A stretch of DNA of 64,000 nt from Bacteroidales bacterium (GTDB lineage Bacteria; Bacteroidota; Bacteroidia; Bacteroidales; UBA3663). The position numbers were made by a program, and so were the translations under genes. This document shows, piece after piece, positions 38,916-47,252 of the stretch. The DNA lies in NCBI GenBank assembly GCA_045627785.1, contig JAZQOF010000004.1, positions 117,948 through 181,947 on the forward strand. Reading direction: 5' to 3'. Below the pieces are notes generated by a model. It saw only the letters and a program-made list of their open reading frames with translations. It was not told the origin of the DNA and searched no databases. How positions within the stretch are numbered: position 1 is the stretch's first letter; each line of letters begins with the position of its first letter.

Positions 38916-41690
38916 ATGGAAGAAAACAACTTGAAAAATGATCGTATTGTAAAGGTGAACATTGAAGAAGAAATGCGTTCATCTTACATCGATTATTCAA
39001 TGTCGGTCATCGTTGCCCGTGCGCTTCCAGATGTGCGCGATGGTTTCAAGCCTGTTCACCGCCGTGTGCTTTACGGAATGAACGAGCTTGGCAATACCTA
39101 CGACAAGCCGACAAAGAAATGTGCCCGTATCGTTGGTGAGGTACTCGGTAAGTACCATCCACACGGCGACAGCTCTGTATATGGAGCGCTCGTTCGTATG
39201 GCTCAGCCATGGGCATTGCGTTATCTGCAGGTAGATGGTCAGGGTAACTTCGGTTCGGTGGACGGTGATGGTGCAGCAGCAATGCGTTACACCGAAGCTC
39301 GTCTCTCAAAGATCTCTCAGGAGATGTTGCGCGATATCGACAAGGATACAGTCGATATGATGCCAAACTTCTCTAACGATCATCTTGAGCCAAAAGTACT
39401 TCCTACACGTATCCCTACATTGCTCGTAAATGGTGGTAACGGTATCGCTGTAGGTATGGCAACCAATATGCCGACTCACAACCTCTCAGAGGTCATCGAC
39501 GGTATCTGTGCATATATCGACAATCGTGATATCACTACTGAAGAGCTCATGCAGTATATCAAGGCTCCTGATTTCCCTACAGGTGGTATCATTTATGGTG
39601 TCGATGGTGTGCGTGACGCTTACGAGACAGGCCGTGGACGCGTTGTAGTGCGTGCTAAGACAGAGATCGAGATCGAAGGTAACAACGAGCGTATCGTGGC
39701 TACAGAGATCCCTTACGGCGTAAATAAGGCAGAACTTATCAAGCATATTGCACAGCTCTCAGACGACAAGAAGATCGAAGGCATTGCCAATGTCAACGAT
39801 GAGTCTGACCGTCAGGGTATGCGTATCGTGATCGATGTCAAGAAGGGCACCAATGCAAATGTATTGCTCAACAAGCTCTTCAAGATGACTGAGCTTCAGT
39901 CGAACTTCAGCGTCAACAACATCGCTCTCGTTCCTATTCCAGGTCATCCTTCAGCACTCGGTATGCCGAAGCTTCTCAACCTCAAGGAGCTCATCTCTTA
40001 TTTCGTAGAGCACCGTCACGAGGTTGTCATCCGTCGTACTAAGTTCGAACTCGCAGAGGCAGAGCGTCGTGCTCACATCCTCGAAGGTTTGATCATCGCT
40101 TGCGATAACATCGACGAGGTAATCAAGATCATCCGTGCAAGCCGTACTCCAGCTGATGCTCAGCGTGCTCTCGAAGCTCGTTTCGAGATCGATGATATCC
40201 AGTCTAAGGCTATCGTCGATATGCGTCTCTCACAGCTCACAGGCCTTAAGATCGAAGACCTCCATAAGGAGTATGACGAGCTCATGGCTCATATCGCTTA
40301 CTTGAAGTCTATCCTTGCCGACGACGTGCTTTGTATGAAGGTCGTACGTGACGAGATGGTAGAGATCAAGGAGAAGTATGGTGACGAACGTCGCACAGAG
40401 ATCAACTACTTCGGTGGTACATTCAACGAAGAGGATCTTATCCCTAACGACGATGTGGTCATCACAATCTCGCACATGGGTTATATCAAGCGCACTAAGC
40501 TCTCTGACTTCAAGGCACAGGGCCGTGGTGGCGTAGGAAGCAAGGGTAGCGGTACACGCGACTCTGACTTCATCGAGTATATGTATAGTGCAAAGAACCA
40601 TAACTGGCTTATGTTCTTCACTGCTTCAGGTCGTGCGTTCTGGATGAAGGTTTACGAGATTCCGGAGTATGCAAAGAACCAGAAGGGTCGTGCTATCCAG
40701 AACATGCTTAACATCACAGAAGACGATAAGGTTACAGCATTCCTCAAGATCGAGTCGTTCAAGGATGCTGACTTCAATAACCAGCATTATCTCGTATTTG
40801 CTACCAAGCGTGGTATCGTCAAGAAGACTAAGCTCGCAGCTTATGCTCGTCCACGTGCCAATGGTATCAATGCTATCAACCTCCAGGAAGGCGACTCTGT
40901 AGTTGCTGTTACATTGACCGACGGATGGAAGCACATCGTTATGGCAAACCGCAATGGTCGTGCTATCACATTCCCTGAGTCTAATGTACGCACAATGGGT
41001 CGTGTTGCTACAGGTGTTCGTGGTCTCAAGCTCGACGACGAGGAAGATGAGGTAATCGGCATGATCTCTATCCATTATCCAGGTACTCTCAACGACGGTC
41101 CTGTTGCCGAGGTTGAAGAAGAGGTAATGGAGCAGGAAGAGACAATTGCAGAGCCTACAGACTCACTCTTCGGCGATGCAGACTTCGCAGATGAGGAAGA
41201 GGCAGGCGAGGAGACAGTTGTCAACGATGATGCTCGTGTATCTATCGATCAGCTCGATCTCTCAGATACTCAGAAGTCGGTACTCGTAGTCAGTGAGAAC
41301 GGTTACGGTAAGCGTTCGGCAATCGAAGACTATCGTATCACTAATCGTGGTGGTAAGGGTGTCAAGACATTGCAGATCACCGATAAGACAGGTGCTCTCA
41401 TCGCTCTCAAGGCTGTTACCGATGACGACGATCTCATGATCATCAATAAGTCTGGTATCACCATCCGTATGCACCTCGATACTCTCCGTATCATGGGTCG
41501 TGCAACACAGGGCGTTAAGCTTATCGACCTCACAAAGAAGAACGATAAGATCGCATCTGTATGCCGCGTAGACAAGGAAGAGGATGCTCCTGAGGAATTG
41601 CTCGATGGTACAGCAGAAAATGCACCAGAGGGCTCAGAAAACGTTTCTGAAGGCGCAGAATTAAACCCTGAGGCAACTCCGGAGTCTTAA
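38916..41690 (+). CDS. gyrA: DNA gyrase subunit A, with acidic insertion in the C-terminal domain and acidic tail
   Basis: 924 aa. It has the [16 protein letters not shown] motif, a QRDR ([16 protein letters not shown]), the active-site region [11 protein letters not shown] and C-terminal beta-pinwheel repeats. Confidence 0.97.
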   Translation: MEENNLKNDRIVKVNIEEEMRSSYIDYSMSVIVARALPDVRDGFKPVHRRVLYGMNELGNTYDKPTKKCARIVGEVLGKYHPHGDSSVYGALVRMAQPWALRYLQVDGQGNFGSVDGDGAAAMRYTEARLSKISQEMLRDIDKDTVDMMPNFSNDHLEPKVLPTRIPTLLVNGGNGIAVGMATNMPTHNLSEVIDGICAYIDNRDITTEELMQYIKAPDFPTGGIIYGVDGVRDAYETGRGRVVVRAKTEIEIEGNNERIVATEIPYGVNKAELIKHIAQLSDDKKIEGIANVNDESDRQGMRIVIDVKKGTNANVLLNKLFKMTELQSNFSVNNIALVPIPGHPSALGMPKLLNLKELISYFVEHRHEVVIRRTKFELAEAERRAHILEGLIIACDNIDEVIKIIRASRTPADAQRALEARFEIDDIQSKAIVDMRLSQLTGLKIEDLHKEYDELMAHIAYLKSILADDVLCMKVVRDEMVEIKEKYGDERRTEINYFGGTFNEEDLIPNDDVVITISHMGYIKRTKLSDFKAQGRGGVGSKGSGTRDSDFIEYMYSAKNHNWLMFFTASGRAFWMKVYEIPEYAKNQKGRAIQNMLNITEDDKVTAFLKIESFKDADFNNQHYLVFATKRGIVKKTKLAAYARPRANGINAINLQEGDSVVAVTLTDGWKHIVMANRNGRAITFPESNVRTMGRVATGVRGLKLDDEEDEVIGMISIHYPGTLNDGPVAEVEEEVMEQEETIAEPTDSLFGDADFADEEEAGEETVVNDDARVSIDQLDLSDTQKSVLVVSENGYGKRSAIEDYRITNRGGKGVKTLQITDKTGALIALKAVTDDDDLMIINKSGITIRMHLDTLRIMGRATQGVKLIDLTKKNDKIASVCRVDKEEDAPEELLDGTAENAPEGSENVSEGAELNPEATPES

Positions 41691-41736
41691 TGACAGAAAA
41701 CAAACATTATTATATTACACACTAATTTAATTTATT

Positions 41737-43104
41737 ATGAAAAAACTTTTAATTTCCGCTCTTGCACTTTGCCTCTGTGGCAATGTAATGGCACAGGATC
41801 CAAAGGAAGTAAAGGCTCAGCAGAAGGTTATCTCAACTCTCTTGAAGGAAGCTGAGAAGGCTGGTAAGGTTGCAGAAGATGCAATGGGTCAGGTTGATAC
41901 ATCAAAGGTGCCTGATTTCGCTGCTGCTATGGCTAAGATCGCTGAGGCTAATGCTAATCAGTATGCTAACACTATGGCTGGTGATATCGCTCGTACTGCT
42001 GGTGATATTCAGTCTAACATCGTTAAGTTCTCTACTCCAGGTGCTGGTCAGGGTGATCAGACAGCTTTGAAGGATTATCTCATGGCTTGTGGTGCTGGTT
42101 ACAAGTACTATCAGCAGGCTTGGGACGCTTACAAGGTGCCAGATGAGAAGGGTAAGGCTAATACTAAGTTCAACGACAAGCTCGCTGCAGCTGCTGCTAA
42201 CCTCTTCATCAACTCTTCTGGTCTTTACAACAGCGCCCTCATCGCTTACCAGAACGAAGATTGGATGAACTCAGCTGAGTATTTCGACCTCGCTGCTGAT
42301 GCAGTAGGTAGCGAAATCCTTGAGTACGCTAAGTCTAAGAACCCACTTCTCGCTGCTAACATGGTAGAGTTCGAAAGCGACAGCGCTAAGTATAAGAACA
42401 AGCTCTTCGCTGCTTCTACTTACAAGAACGCTGATCCTGAGAAGGCTCTCGAGGCTTACAAGGCTCTCGTTGGTTCTAAGGCTCCACAGTTCGATGTTTT
42501 CTCTGGTATCGTAACTATCTACTCTGAGAAGGCTGATACTACTAACATGGTAGAATGGCTCCAGAAGGGTATGGAAGTTATGCCTGAGGATGGTCGTTTC
42601 GCTACATCACTCTTCTACATCTATCTTGACAAGGGTGACTACGAAGGCGCTATCAGCTCACTCAAGGCTTCTAACCCAGCTCAGGACAACGTAGGTATCG
42701 TTACACTCATCGCTCGTCTCTACACTCAGCAGGGTCAGTTCGCTGAAGCTACTCCTTACTACCAGAAGGCTCTCTCTCTCGATGCTAACAACCTCGATGC
42801 TAACCTCTACTACGGTCTCAACTACCTCTCTGAAATGGAAGCTGGTGAAAGCGAGATGTTGAAGAACCACGCTCGTGAGGCTGAGATGGATGCTTACTCT
42901 AACAAGATGATCGAAGAGGCTCTTCCTTACCTCCGCAAGGCTTACTCTCTCGATGCTAACCACGAGAACAGCGACATCGCTACTCTCTTGATGCAGGTTC
43001 TCTATCGTAAGTTCTCTCCATCTAACGCTCAGAACCGTGCAGCTCTTATCTCTGAATACAACGAGGTAGCTGACGCTTATGGTCGTCCAACTTACAACCG
43101 TTAA
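41737..43104 (+). CDS. Exported tetratricopeptide-repeat protein
   Basis: 455 aa with a signal peptide. It is Ala-rich and helical, with TPR-like units (for example QGQFAEATPYYQKALSLDANNLDANLYYGL). Confidence 0.55.
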   Translation: MKKLLISALALCLCGNVMAQDPKEVKAQQKVISTLLKEAEKAGKVAEDAMGQVDTSKVPDFAAAMAKIAEANANQYANTMAGDIARTAGDIQSNIVKFSTPGAGQGDQTALKDYLMACGAGYKYYQQAWDAYKVPDEKGKANTKFNDKLAAAAANLFINSSGLYNSALIAYQNEDWMNSAEYFDLAADAVGSEILEYAKSKNPLLAANMVEFESDSAKYKNKLFAASTYKNADPEKALEAYKALVGSKAPQFDVFSGIVTIYSEKADTTNMVEWLQKGMEVMPEDGRFATSLFYIYLDKGDYEGAISSLKASNPAQDNVGIVTLIARLYTQQGQFAEATPYYQKALSLDANNLDANLYYGLNYLSEMEAGESEMLKNHAREAEMDAYSNKMIEEALPYLRKAYSLDANHENSDIATLLMQVLYRKFSPSNAQNRAALISEYNEVADAYGRPTYNR

Positions 43105-43128
43105 TCATTCTATTAATATATAAATCGG

Positions 43129-43166
43129 AAGGTCGTATCGCTTGTCGATACGGCCTTTCTTGTTTT
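43129..43166 (+). terminator. Rho-independent terminator after the TPR gene
   Basis: The sequence is AAGGTCGTATCG CTTGT CGATACGGCCTT followed by TCTTGTTTT. Confidence 0.7.
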
Positions 43167-43291
43167 AAATCATAATTGATAATTCATAATTATGCTGACG
43201 CCAATCAATTTTTAACTTTTAACTTTTAATTTTTCATTTAAATTTCTGCCTTATAATTTTTTATTTTTTAATTATTTACTTTGTATTACCT

Positions 43292-43334
43292 TGCAAAACG
43301 TCCAGAAAAAAGGGTGAAAAATTTGCAAAACGTC
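43292..43334 (+). promoter_or_regulatory. Tandem TGCAAAACGTC elements (32 bp apart), candidate upstream activator site
   Basis: Exact 11-mers start at 43292 and 43324. The proximal copy starts 72 bp upstream of the -7 box at 43396. Confidence 0.5.
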
Positions 43335-43395
43335 CAAAATTTGATACTGAGCGTAAAAAGTTCATTTTTTAATGTTCTATTTCATTTGTTATCAT

Positions 43396-43403
43396 TATAT
43401 TTG
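43396..43403 (+). promoter_or_regulatory. -7 box (TATATTTG) for the 43433 gene
   Basis: It matches TAnnTTTG and ends 30 nt upstream of the ATG. Confidence 0.5.
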
Positions 43404-43432
43404 CAAAGTTTTAAAAGAATAACAATACTTAT

Positions 43433-44497
43433 ATGAAAAAACTCATTTTATTAATTATTTGCCTGATGACTTCGGTCATGGCCAATGCACAGTATAAGGT
43501 AAGTTCTGTTGACAAGCAGGATTCACCTAATATCACACTTCACCAGGTGCTCGAAACAGAGAATAGCGTGCTGGTGTATTGTACATTAACAAGTGTTGAA
43601 GATAAATTTCATAGTTTAAGCATTAACCGTACCACAAAGGCTGAGAAGAATAACGCTGGCTACAAGCTTCTTAATTCAATCAACCTTCCAATAAAGGATG
43701 AGGCAGAGCCAAGATATTTGCTTACACGCAAACTTGGCGAGAAAGTGAACTTTGTGCTTGAATTTGGGAAGTTTGATCTTAACGGTACTTTCGATATCGT
43801 GGAGGATGATACAAAGCATGAACCTGGAATGTTGAATTTCTATGGCATTCATCTTGAGCCAATCGACATAAAGGATGCAATTGACACAGAACGATTCCTC
43901 GACTGTAGTCATGTTATCTATGGATATTATAAGGTCAATGGACACACACATGCATACTACATCAAGGATAATCTCATGTTTATGTTTCGCAATAGCTGGT
44001 ATGGCAAAGACTTCCTCATCCACCTCGAGATCACAAACAATTCCGATCATGGTGTGATGTTAGACCTTTCAAAGATTCGTACTGAGGGTACAGATGCAAA
44101 CGGAAAACCAGTCGAAGTTTTACGCTATACTCCAGACACCTACGATGCACGTATTGAAAGTGACCGCTATGCTACAGCCCGTGCAAATACTACCGACGAT
44201 GTTTCAAGAGCCACAGAGAGCCTTATTTTCCACGAACGTATCACTACAAAGAACGAATGGGGTAAGCTCGGCTTCCTGGCCCTCGAACAGGCTTACAAGC
44301 AGTCTCAGGAGAATCGTATTCAGGAGTACCTTAAGGAGCATCCTAACACTGAACCTAAGGCTATTCGATCTAACGGTATCAAGGCAGGGGAGAGCATCAT
44401 CGGCTTCATTCCTTTCAAGGTAAAGAATAAATGTAAGAATGTCAAGATCTACATCCCTATGGATGACTATGAGTTCCTGATCAACTACAATATATAA
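43433..44497 (+). CDS. Hypothetical secreted protein
   Basis: 354 aa with a signal peptide (LMTSVMANAQ). I recognise no family motif. Confidence 0.5.
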   Translation: MKKLILLIICLMTSVMANAQYKVSSVDKQDSPNITLHQVLETENSVLVYCTLTSVEDKFHSLSINRTTKAEKNNAGYKLLNSINLPIKDEAEPRYLLTRKLGEKVNFVLEFGKFDLNGTFDIVEDDTKHEPGMLNFYGIHLEPIDIKDAIDTERFLDCSHVIYGYYKVNGHTHAYYIKDNLMFMFRNSWYGKDFLIHLEITNNSDHGVMLDLSKIRTEGTDANGKPVEVLRYTPDTYDARIESDRYATARANTTDDVSRATESLIFHERITTKNEWGKLGFLALEQAYKQSQENRIQEYLKEHPNTEPKAIRSNGIKAGESIIGFIPFKVKNKCKNVKIYIPMDDYEFLINYNI

Positions 44498-44524
44498 AAA
44501 GATATTACCACTAAAAAAATCTAT

Positions 44525-46411
44525 ATGAAACACTTTAATTCGCTTCTCGTGGCTGCGCTCACAATGCTGCTTTCCGTCGGTTCGCTCACTGCCGGCAACA
44601 ACTACAAGAGCTTCAAGGTCTCGATCTATACCCGTGCCTACGAGGTAGAGAAGATGAAAGACCCGCACTGGCTTGACTCTACATGGAACATCATCTCGCA
44701 GCAGCTCACTGTCGATAAGATCTATCTTGAGACTCACCGTGACTTGCTCATCGTGCCTGACGAGACTCTCGAACAGGCTAAGCGTTTCTTCCAGCAGCGT
44801 GGCATCGAGGTGGCTGGTGGTATCACATACACCATCGACGAGTCAAACAATTTCGAGACATTCAGCTACTCTGATCCAGAGCATCGCAAGAAGGTGCAGG
44901 AGATAGCCGAACATACAGCAAAGCACTTCGACGAGTTCATCCTCGACGATTTCTTTTTCACAAGCGCAAAGACCGACGTGGAGATTGCTACTAAGGGCGA
45001 TCGTTCGTGGACTGACTACCGTCTCGAACTGATGACCGAAGCTGGTCGTAACCTTGTGATCAACCCTGCCAAGAAGGTCAATCCGAATGTCAAGGTGATC
45101 ATCAAATACCCTAATTGGTACGATCATTTCCAGGGTCTTGGCTTCAACCTTGAGAAGGGTCCGTTCCTCTTCGACGGTATCTGGACAGGAACAGAGACAC
45201 GTGATCCAGGCAGCGCACAGCACCTTCAGAATTATCTCAGCTATAATATCATCCGTTACTTCGAGAACCTCAATCCTGGTCACAACGGTGGCGGTTGGGT
45301 TGACAGCGGTGGCATCAACATGAGCATGGACCGTTATGCCGAACAGCTTCATCTCACTATGTTGGCAAAGGCTCGTGAGATAGCTCTCTTTGCCTATAAC
45401 CAGCTGCTCGACGTGAAGCTTCAGGACTCGTATCGCGGTGCATGGCAGAATCAGCAGACAAGCTGGAACTACGATGCTATGCGTGCTCCTTTCCGTGGCA
45501 AGGACGGCAAGAAGGTGACACCTACCACTATGGCCCGTATCGTCGATGTGGTGCTTCATCAGACCGACGAACTCACTCAGAAGCTCGGCAATCCTGTAGG
45601 TATCAAGTCATACAAGCGTTACCACTCGCGTGGCGAGGCATTCCTTCAGAACTACCTCGGTATGATCGGCTTGCCTATGGACGAACATCCTGTGATGGCA
45701 GAGGATCAGAAGGCTCTCTTGCTCACAGCACAGGCAGCAGGCGATCCGGAACTCATCACAAAGATCCGTCGTCAGCTTCAGGACGGTCGTGACGTCATCA
45801 TCACTACAGGTCTTCTCAAGCTCGAACAGGAGCGTCTTGCCGACATCGTGGAGCTTCAGTGCGGCTATCTCAAGGCACTTGTCAACGACTTCGGTCGTCA
45901 TGGACAGAGCTCACGCGACATCCTCATCCCTCAGGTGCTCTATTACACAAACGACTCATGGGAGGTAGTCAGCGCAGGTCGTCCTCTCTCTGGCGGTGTA
46001 TCCGGATATACGATCCTCCATCGTGCCATCTACTCTAAGGGTAACCTCTATGTGCTCACCATCCCTGATGACTTCGGTCAGCTCTACGATTACCCACAGG
46101 GTGCACTCAAGGAGATCCGTCGTACATTGAGCAAGGACCTCGATGCATATCTCGATGCTCCATCCAAGGTAAGTCTCTTCCTCTATGACAACAAGACTCT
46201 CGTGGTCGAGAACTTCAACGACGAACCGGTCGAGATCAGCATCATGATGAATGAGAAACAGATGCAGATCAAGGATCTCCTCACAGGTGAGACTATCAAT
46301 GCCATCGTGCCAAAGGTTCCTCAGGACCGCTGGGCTCGCCGATATTTCTCATCCGACAATGCATTCAAGCTCACGCTCAAGCCTCATTCTTACCGTGCTT
46401 TCAGCTATTGA
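44525..46411 (+). CDS. Hypothetical secreted protein (N-terminal region possibly TIM-barrel glycosidase-like)
   Basis: 628 aa with a signal peptide (SVGSLTAG). Codon usage is coherent. The glycosidase-like idea rests only on an alternating beta/alpha pattern and a DEFILDDFFF motif, so it is weak. Confidence 0.5.
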   Translation: MKHFNSLLVAALTMLLSVGSLTAGNNYKSFKVSIYTRAYEVEKMKDPHWLDSTWNIISQQLTVDKIYLETHRDLLIVPDETLEQAKRFFQQRGIEVAGGITYTIDESNNFETFSYSDPEHRKKVQEIAEHTAKHFDEFILDDFFFTSAKTDVEIATKGDRSWTDYRLELMTEAGRNLVINPAKKVNPNVKVIIKYPNWYDHFQGLGFNLEKGPFLFDGIWTGTETRDPGSAQHLQNYLSYNIIRYFENLNPGHNGGGWVDSGGINMSMDRYAEQLHLTMLAKAREIALFAYNQLLDVKLQDSYRGAWQNQQTSWNYDAMRAPFRGKDGKKVTPTTMARIVDVVLHQTDELTQKLGNPVGIKSYKRYHSRGEAFLQNYLGMIGLPMDEHPVMAEDQKALLLTAQAAGDPELITKIRRQLQDGRDVIITTGLLKLEQERLADIVELQCGYLKALVNDFGRHGQSSRDILIPQVLYYTNDSWEVVSAGRPLSGGVSGYTILHRAIYSKGNLYVLTIPDDFGQLYDYPQGALKEIRRTLSKDLDAYLDAPSKVSLFLYDNKTLVVENFNDEPVEISIMMNEKQMQIKDLLTGETINAIVPKVPQDRWARRYFSSDNAFKLTLKPHSYRAFSY

Positions 46412-46498
46412 TTACATTTTTTTATAAAAAAATTAAATTTATATATAGGAAAAAAGGCGTCCTTTTGGTTCCTTTTTTTATTTTACGAATGAAAAATA

Positions 46499-46541
46499 TG
46501 CAAAACGTCCAGAAAAAGAGGTCAAAAATATGCAAAACGTC
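46499..46541 (+). promoter_or_regulatory. Tandem TGCAAAACGTC elements (32 bp apart)
   Basis: Exact 11-mers start at 46499 and 46531. The proximal copy starts 72 bp upstream of the -7 box at 46603. Confidence 0.5.
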
Positions 46542-46602
46542 TTGAATTTATGATTTCGCGAAAAAAAGTGCAAAATTTATGATGTAATAATAATTTATTC
46601 CT

Positions 46603-46610
46603 TAACTTTG
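46603..46610 (+). promoter_or_regulatory. -7 box (TAACTTTG) for cassette 1
   Basis: It matches TAnnTTTG and ends 42 nt before the ATG at 46652. Confidence 0.5.
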
Positions 46611-46651
46611 TGCATATTTTAATATACATCAATTTTTAATTTTTTACTAAA

Positions 46652-47185
46652 ATGAAGAAATTCTTTTCTATTTTCAGTGTTATGGCATTAGTGGTTGCGG
46701 CTATGTCATTCGTATCTTGCAGCAAGGACAGTGATCCTGTTGTTGAAGAACCAACAAAGCCAGTAGATAATAGTAAGTCTGCGTATTACTCTTTGACTGT
46801 AAATGAATCATATTTTGAGTATGGAGATGTTATTCTTACCCTAAATAAAGACGGCGAGGAAAAAGATTATTCTTTCCTCGAAAAAGCAGAGAAGTTGAGT
46901 GATTCTGACTTAAGTGATTGGTTTGGAGGTGTAAAGACTCCAGCACGTGTAGGTGAAGGTAAAATTTTTTACGAGAAATCAGCAAAATTTACTGTAAATT
47001 TTGTCTTGTCAGACGAAGGTAAGAAGAAAATCGAAGCTGCTCCTGATGAACCTTTTGGATTAGGAACTATAGTTGCATTTGATGGTCGAACCACTGGCGG
47101 CATGCAAGAAATGCTTCTTAAGGAACTCGAAGGGTGCTTAGGTAACATAAATAAAGAAGGTGTTTACAATCGCACAGCAAATTAA
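46652..47185 (+). CDS. Small lipoprotein, paralog 1 of 3 (unknown family, cassette partner of C10 protease)
   Basis: 177 aa with a lipobox (MSFVSC followed by SKDSD). It is paralogous to the genes at 49887 and 60359. The three share the signal peptide and an FVL(S/T)DEGKK..EA motif. Confidence 0.75.
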   Translation: MKKFFSIFSVMALVVAAMSFVSCSKDSDPVVEEPTKPVDNSKSAYYSLTVNESYFEYGDVILTLNKDGEEKDYSFLEKAEKLSDSDLSDWFGGVKTPARVGEGKIFYEKSAKFTVNFVLSDEGKKKIEAAPDEPFGLGTIVAFDGRTTGGMQEMLLKELEGCLGNINKEGVYNRTAN

Positions 47186-47209
47186 ATAAATAACAAAAAG
47201 TATTAGTTC

Positions 47210-47248
47210 ATGAGGGCGGGGGACAGTGATGTTCCTCGTCTTTTGTAA
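47210..47248 (+). pseudogene. Remnant of the 5' end of the 5'-nucleotidase lipoprotein gene (deletion scar)
   Basis: GTTCATGAGGGCGGGGGA aligns with GTTCATGAAGGCGGGGAG at the start of the 50447 gene. Here the frame stops after 12 codons. Confidence 0.45.
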
Positions 47249-47252
47249 TGTA

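Noticed and set aside
43292-43334. Reading AAAC...CGTC as an ECF-sigma -35/-10 promoter.
   Set aside because: The spacing between candidate halves is about 32 nt between copies or under 12 nt within a copy. This does not fit the 16-17 nt spacer of ECF promoters, and good TAnnTTTG boxes lie downstream.
46449-46485. Possible terminator (AAAAGG CGT CCTTTT followed by a T-run) after the 628 aa gene.
   Set aside because: The stem is only about 6 bp with a 3-nt loop, which is too weak to call with confidence.
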